From NCBI GenBank assembly GCA_951406725.2, contig OX597833.1, forward strand, positions 57,040,001 to 57,104,000: a stretch of DNA of 64,000 bases, read 5' to 3'. The notes under the pieces were generated by a model. It was not told where the DNA came from. It did not search any database and saw nothing but the letters and a program-made list of their open reading frames with translations. Shown piece by piece: positions 1 through 12,292 of the stretch. A program made the translations under genes and the position numbers. Each line of letters starts with the position of its first letter. The stretch's first letter is position 1. The stretch is from Octopus vulgaris. Lineage: Eukaryota.

Positions 1-132
1 ATATATATATATATATATATACATATATATATAGTTAATCCAAACAAGAAAGCACAAAAAAAACACAACAACGTGAGAACGTGGAACAAATATAGTATTA
101 TTGGACGCTCAGGAAAGAAGGAAAGAAGGAGG

Positions 133-167
133 GTTTAACGTTTCGAGCGGACCTCTTCGTCGGAAAC
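133..167 (-). ncRNA. Minimal type I hammerhead ribozyme-like motif (U4C variant) in a Penelope-pLTR-like fragment (~33-247)
   Basis: Minus strand reads GTTT-CCGACGA-AGAG-GTCCG-CTC-GAAAC-GTT-AAAC: stem I GTTT/AAAC, core CYGANGA, stem II GAG/CTC, GAAA, loopless palindromic stem III AACGTT. The fragment sits between (TA)n tracts. Confidence 0.55.
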
Positions 168-248
168 ATAGGAGAAGGAAAGATCCAGAGAAGGGAAGAC
201 AGAGAAAAAAAAATCGCCAACGGTACACACGAGGTCACATTTTGAAAG

Positions 249-288
<40 letters not shown>

Positions 289-980
289 TATACTTTGGAT
301 CATAGACAGGCCATTTGTATTGGAATTGGTCAGTTGTATTGGAACTAACTCGGTGCTAAATAGTAGCAGCAACAACAATAAGAAGAACCAAAATATTGCC
401 ATTTCTTCAGTGTCTAATTATAGACATTAGAAAATTATGTCAGGGTTTATACCGAAGTCTTTCAAGAACAAATGTATTATTTGCGTTCACCAATCTTGCT
501 TCTTTGACACAAATCTAATATTCTTCACTGCCAAATTAACAGTAAAAATGTGAGTGACCAAAATAGAATTTCCTAGGATGACTTTGCAGGAAGCCAGAAA
601 CCATGAAAGTAACCTTTTTTTAATTATTTCAACTGTGGCAGAAGAAATTCTTTAAAGATTTAGAGAGAAAAAGGAAATTTTTCTGACGAAGGAAGCCGGA
701 GAATCTTCTGCAGTATAGATTTCTAAGAATTATTGGTTAGATTCCAAAATAAAACGAAATTTAATCAAAATCAAAAGAAACACTTTACTGTCTTCCTGGA
801 AGTCTTTGAGAGATTCTTCTGTGTATTTCCTCCTCCTCCTCCTCCTCCCCCCATCATCATCATCATCTAACGTCTATTTTCCATGCTGGCATGGGTTAGA
901 TGATTTGACAGGAGCTAAGACTGGAGTTTCACTGTGTGGCTTGGCATGGTTTCTACAACTTGATGACCTTCCTCTCTCTC

Positions 981-1372
981 TTTTACTTGTTTCAGTCATT
1001 TGACTGCGGCCATGCTGCAGCACCACCTTTAGTCGAGCAAAGGGGCTTATTCTTTGTAAGCCCAGTACTTATTCTATCGGTCTCTTTTGCCGAGCCGCTA
1101 AGTGACGGGGACGTAAACACACCAGCATTGGTTGTCAAGCAATGCTAGAGGGACAAACACAGACAAACATATACACAAACACATATATATAAATATACAT
1201 ACATTTATACGACAGGCTTTTTTCAGTTTCTGTCTACCAAATCCACTCACAAGGCTTTGGTCGGCCCGGGGCTATGGTAGAAGACACTTGCCCAAGATGC
1301 CATGCAGTGGGAATGAACCCGGAACTATGTGGCTGGTAAGCAAGCTACTTACCACACAGCCACTCCTGCACC
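981..1372 (-). mobile_element. tRNA-derived SINE, family A
   Basis: Head carries an A box (TGGCTGTGTGG) and B box (GGTTCAxTCC), then an internal (TA/CA)n tract and a 3' stem-loop CAGTC-AAAT-GACTG-AAACAAGTAAAAGA. More than 10 near-identical copies occur in the window. Confidence 0.9.
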
Positions 1373-1616
1373 TACTCCTAATGCCAACCACTTTACAGAA
1401 TGTACTGGGGTCTTTTTTACGTGGGCCCCAGCTCCAGTGCATGACAGTCTAGGCAAGAGTCTTCTGTTTGAAGTGATCAGTTACTATGTTAGAGTAATTT
1501 GACCTCGGTGGAATTTGAACTCAGATTGTAGCCACAGGCAAAATACCACTCAGCATTTCATCCAGCGTGCTACCAATTCTACCAGCTCACTGCCTTAATA
1601 ATAATAATAATAATCA

Positions 1617-1790
1617 CGTAAAAAGCACCCACTACACTCACAGAGTGGTTGGCGTTAGGAAGGGCATCCAGCTGTAGAAACACTGCCAGATCAGACTGGA
1701 GCCTGGTGCAGCCTTCTGGCTTCCCAGACCCCAGTTGAACCGTCCAACCCATGCTAGCATGGAAAACAGACGTTAAACTATGTTGATGAT
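1617..1790 (+). mobile_element. 5'-truncated RTE LINE 3' UTR fragment
   Basis: Matches the 3' end of the RTE at 20419-22883 and ends in a (GAT)n tail. Similar copies lie at ~860-960(-), 4010-4127(+), 18640-18808(+), 27055-27800, 29370-29730(-) and 36540-37110(+). Confidence 0.85.
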
Positions 1791-2500
1791 CAATAATAAT
1801 AATAAATGCCCTGATGCAGTACTAGGCAGTGTTGTTTGCATGTGTATGTGCTTATGTGTGTGTGTATGTGCATGTGTGCATGCATTTCTCTCTCTCAACC
1901 TCTCTCTCTGTGCAAGTGTGTGTGTGTGAGTGTGTGTGTGTGTGTATGTGTGTGTGTGTGCAAGTGTGCTTGTGTGAGTGTAACCTCGTCTTGACATCAT
2001 GTGATAGTTGTATGCGAGTATCACTACTGTGCAATTGGTAGCATTCATCTCTAGTCTACCATGAAAACCATGTCTGGTCAAGGGGGAAATATTAAATTGC
2101 CTGGAAACTGGTGAAGGTCAACTTTGCCTTTCATCCTTATAGATTCAATAAAACAAAGTATCGGTGGAACATGGGGGTGGCCTTGTGCCAAAAATTGAAA
2201 CCAATATTTAGACAACATAACTGCCACCACTGCCACCACCACCATACTACTACTACTAATAATAATAATTGTAAAAATATTAATAATAATAGGCAAATAT
2301 GGCTGAGTTCCTTTTGAGTGTTGGGCCCCACAGAGGCAATGATTGAGACCTTTGGCATTATGTCATGCTTGAGAAGAAGACCCATCAAGCAGAGCAAGAA
2401 TGCAGTCATGGCAGATAACGGTGTCATGCAAATGGCACCTGTGCCAGTGGTGCATAAAAGCATCCATTACACTCTTAGAGTGGTTGGTGTTAGAAGCTGA

Positions 2501-3357
2501 ATGTGATTTTTGTGCCCCCAGAGAGGAATAAATCAAGACATTCTAACCAGGGTAAAAAGGGCCTGAGTGGCAGTGCTGGATTATTTGGGGTGGGGGATAG
2601 CTGCTGTATGTTGGCTATGTGACTTAGAACTAAGGAGACTGCATGCCATGCATCATATGGGCAAGAATAGAACCCTGTATCATGCTAGGAAGGTTGACTC
2701 TAATGTCTCTAGGCAGGGCATTCAAAAGGTGGCCAGAAGCTGTGATAAGTATCAATCCATTGACTCTGCTCCAGGTGTGCATGAGCTGGGGGACATCTCA
2801 GTAGAGCACAACTGGAGATGATTGGCAGTGGATGAGACCCACAACCAGCAGGGAACATATCTCTCGATGGTTGACTGCAGACTAAGTTGGATGGCCACAT
2901 GGAGGGAAATGAAGAGGGGTACTGCAGATGAACAATATACTCCTGGAGTGGGGCCTTGTGGGTGAATTGCTGATGGACAACAGCATGGCATTTCGTTCAG
3001 AGATGCTGAAGGTTATGGCAGATTTCAACATGGAGTGAAGTGAGGAGGTGATCTTTGAGATCAGGGGTGTGTGTGGGATGAGGTGAACCAGAAGGAAAGG
3101 GCAGTGACATCAACAGTTGAGGGGCCCTGCTGGAATTGGAAGAGGAAGTGACGAAGTAAGAGAAGTAAGACTAGTGTGATCCTCTTTGGCTTTGAGGCAG
3201 TTGTGGTGAATGGATGCGTGTGGACACGAAGGCTTTAGCAGTAGCTACTAGTGATAGGCAAGATGGGTAGGGCACGTCTTGGATTTAACACAGCTGGAGA
3301 GCCAACACTGAGATGTAGGAGAACCGTATTTTGTTCCTCACCTTACAGTTCCCTCAC

Positions 3358-3363
<6 letters not shown>
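2501..3363 (+). mobile_element. Decayed LTR retrotransposon (Gypsy-like) pol remnant: RNase H end plus integrase
   Basis: Translation gives VIFVPPERNKS.DILTRVK (RNase H C-terminus), LHAMHHMGKNRTL...SCDKYQ (HHCC zinc finger, last C mutated), W*LAVDETH...YLSMVDC and LLMDNSMAFRSEML (integrase D,D motifs), with stops and frameshifts. Confidence 0.8.
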
Positions 3364-3400
<37 letters not shown>

Positions 3401-3796
3401 TGTGTGCACACACACACACAAATTCCCGCTCCATCTATGCACACAAGCAAACACACACACACACCTACTCACACACCTTTGGTGACAGCTGCTGACTTTT
3501 GTGATTGACCTCTCACAGCAACATATATACCAACACTAACACACAGATCCTACCACACACAGGATCTGTGAGTGAGAAACCCAGAGTAACCCCATAAGCC
3601 GACCTACCCCACGATAATATATGTATGTATATATATATATATATATAATATATGGAGCAAATAATTCAGGAGAAAAAATATTTGTGAAGATATCATTGAC
3701 TCTATTATTAGGTAATGTAACAATTAAAAATGATAATAACAGAATGACTGTTATTTCCAGCAGGCAGACATACTTAGTATGTCCTTTGATTAATTG

Positions 3797-3847
<51 letters not shown>

Positions 3848-3892
3848 GTATGTGTATGTATATATATATATGTATGTGTGTGTGTGTGTATG

Positions 3893-3966
<74 letters not shown>

Positions 3967-4861
3967 GTGTGTATGTATATATATGTATGTGTGTATGTAT
4001 GTATGTATAAAACATTGCCAGATCAGACTGGGCCTGGTGCAGCCTTCTGGCTTCCCAGACCCGTTGAACCGTCCAACCCATGCTAGCATGGAAAGCGGAC
4101 GCTAGACGATGATGATGATGATGATGTTATATATTTTTATGTATATATTTATACACACACACACACACACACATATTTCTACACTCACGCACACAAATAT
4201 TTCTATCGCGAAAAATTATTTCAGAGGAACCCCTCATAGTTAAATTAATCATCTTGAAAAGTTTTGAGTATTTTTGTCAAGTCATTCCACTGTTAATAAC
4301 GACAGCTGGAAAAAGTAAATGATTACTTTAGAAATAGCCAGGCCTGACTTCTTAATAAAATAGAAAAGAATAATAGAGATTTATAAATAACTTTTTGAGT
4401 GGCTGAGAGGGAGAAAGATGGAGGTAAGGAGAGAGGGGAATTGGGATGGAGGAGAGGGAAGGAGAGAGGTGGGAGGAAGATGGAGGGAGAGAGTCTAATC
4501 TAATCACAAGTATTTGAGAAGTCCTACTTCAATAATGACCATTTAATGAACAAGTAAAAATTTTAGTATTAGCATGGGGGAGAGAAAAATTATCAAATGT
4601 TTGAAAATGGAAAAGCTGCTTGTGTGATGTCGTTAGCTTTGAGAAATCAGAATCTGTAATTACTATCCTTGTTGTATGACAGGAATTTTAGCATGATTAT
4701 TTTATGATTCACTTTCCTAAAATGGACTTCTTGGCAGCAAAAAAGAGCATGTAAAAATATATCCCTGGTAATTAATGACTGCAAAGTTTTGACCCTTTTG
4801 ATACCAACCCACCTGAGTCTGCTTCTAAGTTCTATGGTAGAAAGTCCTTGCTTTAAGGTTA

Positions 4862-5491
4862 TGTAGCGTACTCACGGCAGCCATTGCCATCTCCAAGACT
4901 AGAGTGAGACCTCACCTGCATCCATTTGCCATGCATGAGATCACGTTTTCTCGTGATGGAGAAAACTATATAAAGGAAAAACCCAATTTAGATCTCTCTT
5001 TTTTTGGCACCACCTCACAGCAGCGCTGGCTGAAGCTTTCTGCCCGTCTATCTAGAGAGGCAATGTACCCGCACTAACGGAGCTACAACCAGCCCTGTTC
5101 CTAATACAAGGGGACCTCAAGGGAATATCAAGAACTCTGCTGTCCAAGATCTCCAGAACATCAAGGACAAGAGCCCTCTTCAGTTCCTGTTCCCTAACTC
5201 ACAAGCCTATTGTTAGAACGGTACCATCCACCCTTGCTATTTTCACAACTTTCACTCACCTTTCAATAAATTCACTTGAGGACAGCACCTCCCTCTCTGC
5301 ACTCACTTTCCTTTTCAAGTGAAACTTAATAAGGTCAATGAGGGCTCAACCAAAGAGGAACCTCTCTGTCCTCATACCTTTCAACCTCATCCTCCAGACA
5401 CCTATCCTGTAAATCCTGTAAATAAAGCCAGTTGTAAATAGCATTTGTACTTGAAGTCTTCTCTCTTCGCCTGCCGAAAGCCCAAACTACA
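4862..5491 (+). mobile_element. Probable solo LTR
   Basis: Termini are TGTAG...CTACA (inverted, TG...CA). It contains TATATAAA (~4967) and AATAAA (~5265, ~5422), is more GC-rich than its flanks and interrupts a MITE. No clean TSD; the right end may extend to ~5555. Confidence 0.6.
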
Positions 5492-5858
5492 TAAAGAACA
5501 TAAAGATGATAGAAGGAGATGATATTCTTCCGATATCGTAAACCTTACCTTCCATTATTAAAGTTATTTATATTAAAATCTTCCATCAAGATTTCATGTA
5601 ATTTATCTTCCAAACACATGCTTTAATAACGACAAAGTTATTTTACTAAATTCTTCATTATAGGTGTAGGCATGGATGGCTGTGTGGTAGGAAGCTTGCT
5701 TCCCAAATACATGGTTCCAGGTCCAGTCCCACTGCATGACACCTTGGGCAAGTGTTTTCTATAAACTTGGGCCAACCAAAGCCTTGTGAGTGGATTTGGT
5801 AAACAGAAACTGAAAGAAGTCTGTCATACATACATACATACATACATACATACATACA

Positions 5859-5890
<32 letters not shown>

Positions 5891-6276
5891 AAACTTACTT
5901 GGAAAAAGATGCATGGCGTTCGATCATATAATAATATATAAATACATGCATATATACAGACATATATGTACATACCTACATCTATATGTATATATACATG
6001 CATATATGGGTACAGGACATGAAAAAAACGTTGAACACAATGAGAAACGAAAACATAAAAACAAAAACATGGAAACGGACTTTTTTTCAAGTAACAAAAA
6101 ACAGAGTACAAGACATACAACACAAGGAATATTCCCCTTCTTCACTTGCCCCCGTTTCATCCGGCCCTACTGCAAATAGACATCCACAAGGTGGTAGCAA
6201 ATTGTGTCAGAAATAACAGCCAAATAGCACTCGATCCACAAACAATTCTCATTTCTCTATATATATTGAATATACA

Positions 6277-6507
6277 GGCGGTGAGCTGGCAGAACCGTTA
6301 GCACGCCGGGCGAAATGCGTAGCCGTTATTCGTCTGTCGATACGTTCCGAGTTCAAATTCCGCCGAGGTCGAATTTGCCTTTCATCCTTTCGGGGTCGAT
6401 AAATTAAGTAACAGTTACGCACTGGGGGTTGATGTAATCGACTTAATCCCTTTGACTGTCCTTGTTTGTCCCCTCTGTGTTTAGCCCCTTGTGGGTAGTA
6501 AAGAAAT
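6277..6507 (+). mobile_element. tRNA-derived SINE, family B
   Basis: Head GGCGGYGAGCTGGCAGAA, B box GAGTTCAAAT, central GTCGA..TTGCCTTTCATCCTTTCGGGGTCGATAAA and tail TTGTCCCCTCT..AGCCCCTTGTGGG..AAAGAAAT. TSD ATATATTGAATATACA on both sides. Confidence 0.9.
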
Positions 6508-6524
6508 ATATATTGAATATACAT

Positions 6525-6890
6525 CTCGTGGCACTCTGTCGCTTACGACGACGATCAACAGAACAGCTAGCTCGTGAAATTAACGTGTAAGTGGCTGAGC
6601 ACTCCACAGACACGTGTACCCTTAACGTAGTCCTCGGGGGAGACTCAGCGTGACACAGTGTGTGACAAGGCTGGCTCTTTGAAATTACAGGTGCAACAGA
6701 AACAGCAAGAAAGAGAGAGAGAAAGTTGTGGTGAAAGAGTACAGAAGGGTTCTCCACCACCCCGTGTCGGAACCTCGTGGAGCTTTGTGTTTTCGCTCAA
6801 TAAACATTCACAACGCCCGATCTGGGAACCGAAACCGCGATCCTATGACCACGAGTCCGCTGCCCTAACCACTGGACCATTGCGCCTCTA
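6525..6890 (-). mobile_element. tRNA(Arg)-like SINE, family C
   Basis: Minus strand GAGGCGCAATGGTCCAGTGGTTAGGGCAGCGGACTCGTGGTC...GGTTTCGGTTCC is a tRNA-like head with a TCG anticodon loop, followed by a shared SINE body. Confidence 0.8.
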
Positions 6891-9099
6891 CAAATATACA
6901 TATATGTATGGGTCAAAGAGACAGACCACTGTCTCATATCTGCAATATATAACTCGTCAATTAATCACACAGCAGGCTCCTTCACCATCTGTTGATCTGC
7001 AAGGTGTAGCTAGATATGTTAGAAATAGTGACCATGTCTCCTTCAATCCACAAACATCCCTATATAAGTATCCATATCTGCAATAAATCAAAGAGAGAGA
7101 CGTGTGTGTATGTGTGCGTACATACACACAGATATATATGTGTGTGTATTACAATGTTTTTGTGTGTGCGAGAGAGGTATAAAAAGGAAGAAGAGAGAGG
7201 GAAAGAGTAAAAGCTACCGACTGATACATGCTACATTTGTAGACATACTCATGTGTGAAGGGCCCCAAACACATCCACGCTTATAACCAAAACTGTATGT
7301 GGTCTTCTGTTTGCAACCATGGCGATAAACCAAGTTTATCGAACAACTAAAGAAAAAACTATTTTACCTAACCGCAGAAATATCTAGAAAATATTCTCAA
7401 ACATTTTAATAGCAACACACTTTAAGTCTTACTGAAATAGCGAGTTTGTAACTGTATTCCCTTGACATAGCTTTGAGTACATCTTGAGAAATCTTAATTT
7501 CGTGTTCGTTATTTTTATTGTTACTTAATGTCGCATTCTCTTTTCAGTCATACAGTTTTTTTCCACTGAAATATTCTCTGAATGTATCGAGAATGAAGTA
7601 TATGTTACCAGTTGGGGCCTTCTCCTTCAGGTTTCCTCTCCTGAAAAGAGTTCGTAGGGGTAGAGGAACACAGCCGTACTCCTAGTAACTATGTTATAGT
7701 ACCAACCAGCTTGTTATGGATTCAAAGGTACATAAAACACCCACCATAAACATCGAAAAACAAGATGATAAGGATGCTCTGTCAGTCCCTGACACACATA
7801 TTCCCTACCCTCTTATTCACCGCAGACAATTGAAAGAGACAAAATTATTTGAAACGAAGTCTAGAGAAACCGTTATGGCTATATCATGACGCCATGATTA
7901 ACAAATCTTAACAACACTTATACACAAACGTTTATACACAATACACATGCTATATGAGAAAATGCCATTACATTTTACGAAGCATCAAACAATAATGCTT
8001 CAAATATGTATATTTAATATTTTTTTAAGTATAAAGATTAGAATATATGTGCAACAAGGATATTATTGTCTGATCCAATTTGTAGTAAAGACGCAACAGA
8101 CATTTGCAATGGCGTTAGAGAAAAAATAAATTCTGCATATAACTCAAAAATAATCTGCTGGTGTCATTACTGTACTGGATTAAACAATGGTGTCTTTGTT
8201 AAAAATATATATTATAAATATTAAAAGCGTCGTTAAATAAGCATATTTTGAAGCTGATATGGCATCATGGTTCAGTTGACTGACTTCGTAATATGAAGAA
8301 AGAGAGCATCGCCATTTTAGTTCAAAATATGAACAAAATATTTCTAAGTACGATATTCTTTTATTAGTCTCAGTCATTTAATTGTAACCATGCTGGGGTA
8401 CAAACCTTAAGAGATCTTTTTAAGGCAATCATTCTTGTTTTAGTTAACCCTTATTTTACGCACAACATATAACCTTTATAACTTTTGTATTTTTTTGGAA
8501 TTTTCAGAGAATTTATGCGAATTTGCATTGTACACCCAAGAATTCACACAATTACGCAAAAAAATGGGAGGGGAGGGGATTTAAGTGGCTGATGGGCACA
8601 AGCAGCAGAACACAGCGTCAGCACACATGCTTTCGCGTAGAATATATCTGGTGTATTAATATAGTTTTCCAAGCTGAATATCTGAAGATATTTCTTTAAA
8701 GTTTGCAAATTCTGAGTAATTATAGCCAATCGAAAAGCCACAGACACATTGGTGCCTGCTTCCATTGTAACAAGCGAAGCTGTAGTCTGCTTAGAACTAC
8801 CACCATGTGTTTTTATTTACTTGTATATTTTCTTTGACGACAATCTAATGGCTGAAACAAGTAAAAGATTATTATTATTATTATTATTATTATTATGGGT
8901 TTTTCCACGAGTAACCTTTCGAAGCTCCTCCCCCCTATTGGGAGTTTTTATTTGTTATATTTTCGTTATTATCTTGCATTTTTACACGGACTTTTCAAAC
9001 AGACAAAACCCCTTTTGTAACTTTCGTCCTGTATTTTGTCCTTACATATATTATTTGATTTTTGTTAGCCAATAAACGAATTAATTATTATTATTGTTA

Positions 9100-9148
<49 letters not shown>

Positions 9149-9150
<2 letters not shown>

Positions 9151-9565
9151 GTTTGACTTTTGCTTTATATTTGTACAAGTTGGCTCCAAGTCTCACCCAG
9201 AGACCTCAAGAGACAACAGGTTGGAAGTTCACATTGTTGTTATGCCTAGTGTGCCATATATTTGGTTGTTTTTTGTGTTGTACTAGTGGATGTCTAAAAA
9301 AGAAAACATGTTTGTTTTAAACCTTGAGATTACATAGAAAGTATTTTGCGTAGGATATGAGCAGTTCCCATGAGCACTATCTTTTGAATTTCTGCCATTT
9401 TGGGGTTTCCTGGTATCTGAGTTAGGTAGCAATCAGTCCCTTTTGCTATCATTCCCAGGGCACCTATGACAACAGGTATTGTTTTAGTCTTCAGGTTCCA
9501 CATTTCGCTGATTTCTATTTCAAGATCTTTATATTTGCTCAGTTTTTGGTAGGTCTTGACAGATA
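9149..9565 (-). mobile_element. 5'-truncated R4/Dong-clade non-LTR retrotransposon (RLE C-terminus plus 3' UTR) in a (TAA)n tract
   Basis: Minus frame SVKTYQKLSKYKDLEIEISEMWNLKTKTIPVVIGALGMI...IQKIVLMGTAHILRKILSM* (stop 9330-9332). Flanked on both sides by (TTA)n. Confidence 0.8.
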
Positions 9566-9596
9566 TTATTATTATATTATTATATTATCTTGACAG

Positions 9597-9653
<57 letters not shown>

Positions 9654-10253
9654 TTTTTTTTTTTGTGCATGCCTGGGATCCAAAAATGTTTTGGAAGCTC
9701 TTACAAGCCTACTCTCTGCTCTACTCCTGTCATTACATCAAAATCAGATCTATTAGCAGCTTTTTCTATATTTAATCGCGCCATTAGTATTGAAAGAGTG
9801 GATAAGCAATAATGGAGATTAATTTAAAGATACTTATGAACGACGTGGTCAAAACGTGATTTATTTTGCATTTTTGTTTATTTCTTCTCAGATAATTTCT
9901 AAATTACATTGCAATAGTTTGTGCTATTTTAAACTATAGTTTAAAATAACCTCGATTTATTGAAAATATTTATTTTTGAAAGCTGTGTGTAAAACATTCG
10001 GTAGTAATTTACAACTAAGATAATAAAAAATGCAGAAAGCTTTCATTTTCTCTGGATCCGTTTTCTATAAAGTTGCTAACCTTGAACCCTGCAACGAACT
10101 AGCATCCCTCTTAAGGGGAGTGCTGTAATCTCGGCCTCATGATAGAGCCTCAGCGTGCTAGATGTAGTACCCAAATCTTCCTCAAATTGTATCCAGTCAA
10201 CTTAAATAAGGAACAATACTTTGGATGATGTAGATTTAAGATATACTATGTAT

Positions 10254-10541
10254 GGATCTTTTCGGTTTGAACGGCAGTTTTTAACATAATTTCTAGGTAA
10301 CTAAAAAATTTTAAACTTCGTATACTGGTAGAATGGGATCTTTTCCTTTTGAACGGCAGCTTTCAACACAATTTCTAGTTAACTAAACACTTTTAAACTT
10401 CGAATACTGGTAGAATGTGTTTATAAAACATCATTTTTTTTTTTTTTGCTATATTGAGAAAATTCTATAGTTTGTAACATATTTCCACTTTAAAATCGAG
10501 TATTTCGGCAATTTTAACCGACGTTCAAAAGGAAAAGATCC
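10254..10541. mobile_element. Merlin-like MITE fragments (an ~82-bp truncated end joined to a related short copy)
   Basis: Ends GGATCTTTTC(GG/CT)TTTGAACGGCAG ... GTTCAAAAGGAAAAGATCC; same family as 12475-12875. Confidence 0.7.
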
Positions 10542-10639
10542 TTTTTCTGTTTTATTTACTTTGTTTAAAAAAAATTATTTATTTTGTGTTTTATTTACTT
10601 TGCTAGGTAGTTATAGGATCGACTAGTCACGACTAGCTA

Positions 10640-10847
10640 GCATGGATGCGCGAGTACGCGAGTGCGCGCACCGGGACCACTCTTTTTAAGTAGTACCGTG
10701 ACGTAATAGGTCATGCGCAGAGAGTGACGTCAGGTGAACAAGCAGGAAATTGGAGAGGCCTTATTTGGGGCTCAGGGACTGGGAATCGCTCAGCAAGTAC
10801 AAATCAGCGTTTGAGGAATTTCTTTCGAAGTCGTTTCCCAGATTAAG
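10640..10847 (+). promoter_or_regulatory. CpG-rich promoter/enhancer with CRE, Ets and CArG sites, followed by a 5' splice donor
   Basis: TGACGTAA 10699-10706, CATGCGCA 10712-10719, TGACGTCA 10725-10732, CAGGAAAT 10743-10750, CCTTATTTGG 10759-10768 and AAG|GTAAGA at 10847/10848. CpG cluster in non-repetitive sequence. Confidence 0.6.
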
Positions 10848-10924
10848 GTAAGAGACATCAACATCTATTCCTTTAATACCCACAAGAGGCTAAACACAGA
10901 GAGTACAAACAAGGACATCGTCAA

Positions 10925-11570
10925 AATCCCTTAACTGATGCAGCCAGTCGCTGGGTGTCACTCGAGACATTTTTTCATAGTCAGTCGTTGCCACTGGTCT
11001 CTCTTCTCTGACATTCGTAGCAAGTTCGCTGTGTTATGACCTGTCCAGTCCTTGATGTTGTCTAACCAAAATTTTCTCTGTCTGCCTCTCTTTTGCCCTC
11101 TCTCAACTATTCCCTGAAGAATGGTTTTGAACAGGGGAGTTTTGGCGGGATACATGACGGTACCAGGCAAGCTTCCGTCTATTTACCCGCGCAAGGAATG
11201 GTTTTGGCGGGATACATGACCGTACCAGGCAAGCTTTCGTCTATTTACCCGCGCAAGGAATGGTTTTGGCGGGATACATGACGGTACCAGGCAAGCTTTC
11301 GTCTGTTTACCCGCGCAAGGAATGGTTTTGGCGGGATTCATGACGGTACCAGGCAAGCTTTCGTCTTTTTATCCGCGCAAGGAATGGTTTTGGCGGGATA
11401 CATGACCGTACCAGGCAAGCTTTCGTCTATTTACCTGCGCAAGGAATGGTTTTGGCGGGATACATGACCGTACCAGGCAAGCTTTCGTCTTTTTACCCGC
11501 GCAAGGAAAGGTATTTCTTGACTTGCTGCCTGACAAAGCTGTTCATTTTGTGTTCTATCCTTTAACCCTC
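10925..11570 (-). mobile_element. RTE-clade LINE 3' fragment (second family) with an internal minisatellite
   Basis: Frameshifted RVKRRKLAWYGHV...KTILQGIVERGQKRGRQRKFWLDNIKDWTG, the typical RTE C-terminus. Confidence 0.8.
11141..11512. repeat. 62-bp minisatellite, ~6 copies
   Basis: TTTGGCGGGA recurs at 11141, 11203, 11265, 11327, 11389 and 11451. Confidence 0.95.
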
Positions 11571-11799
11571 ACACATGAATCAAAATGATATCTAAGAGAG
11601 ACAGAACACATTGCAGGATATCCTCCAAAAAATGCTTCGGTCTGCATTTGTCGTTGGCCAGTTGGTTAATACAGTTGTTGTCGAAAACTTGCCATTTATA
11701 TTGGTGTAGTTTTGCTAAACGTAAACTCGGAAATCTTTTCATCGTGACTTTCAAGTTCGGTTATGAATAATAATTGCCATAGTTATATAATGAGCAAGA

Positions 11800-12031
11800 A
11801 GGCGGCGAGCTGGCAGAATCGTTAGCATGCCGGGCGAAATGCTTTGTGGTATTTTGTCCGCCTCTGCGTTCTGAGTTCAAATTCCGCCGAGGTCGACTTT
11901 ACCTTTCATCCTTTCGGGGTCGATAAACTAAGTAACCGTTACGCACTGGGGTTAATCTAATCAACTTAAGCTGTTTGTCTGTACTTGTTTGTCCCCTCTA
12001 TGTTCAGCCCCTTGTGGGCAATAAAGAAATA
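11800..12031 (+). mobile_element. SINE family B
   Basis: Full-length copy with TSD ATAGTTAT(A/G)TAATGAGCAAG. Confidence 0.9.
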
Positions 12032-12292
12032 GTTATGTAATGAGCAAGTTATTGATGGATAAAATGGATTTTTGTTTTCTTTCTGAAAAAAAAAAATATA
12101 CCCTTAAAAATAATCAATTACACTTTTGAAACGTATCTCTAGAAAACTCCGTTTAAAATATGCCTTATTTAAGAAAGTTAATGAAAGGGCATTAAATTGT
12201 AGACATGCCAAAAAATAATACAAAAGGGAGCAAGAATTCATAAATTGCCGAACTTGCTGGTCTTGTGCTAAAATTTGAAGCCAGTTTTAAAT

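Noticed and set aside
285-402. Minus-strand signal-peptide-like MAIFWFFLLLLLLLFS
   Set aside because: The hydrophobic run comes from a (TTG/CTG)n microsatellite, the splice donor is weak and the frame runs into (TA)n.
3536-4089. Long ORFs such as [18 protein letters not shown] (also 19171-19647, 39222-39773, 40127-40619, 41462-42064, 48301-49192)
   Set aside because: Translations of microsatellites that happen to lack stop codons.
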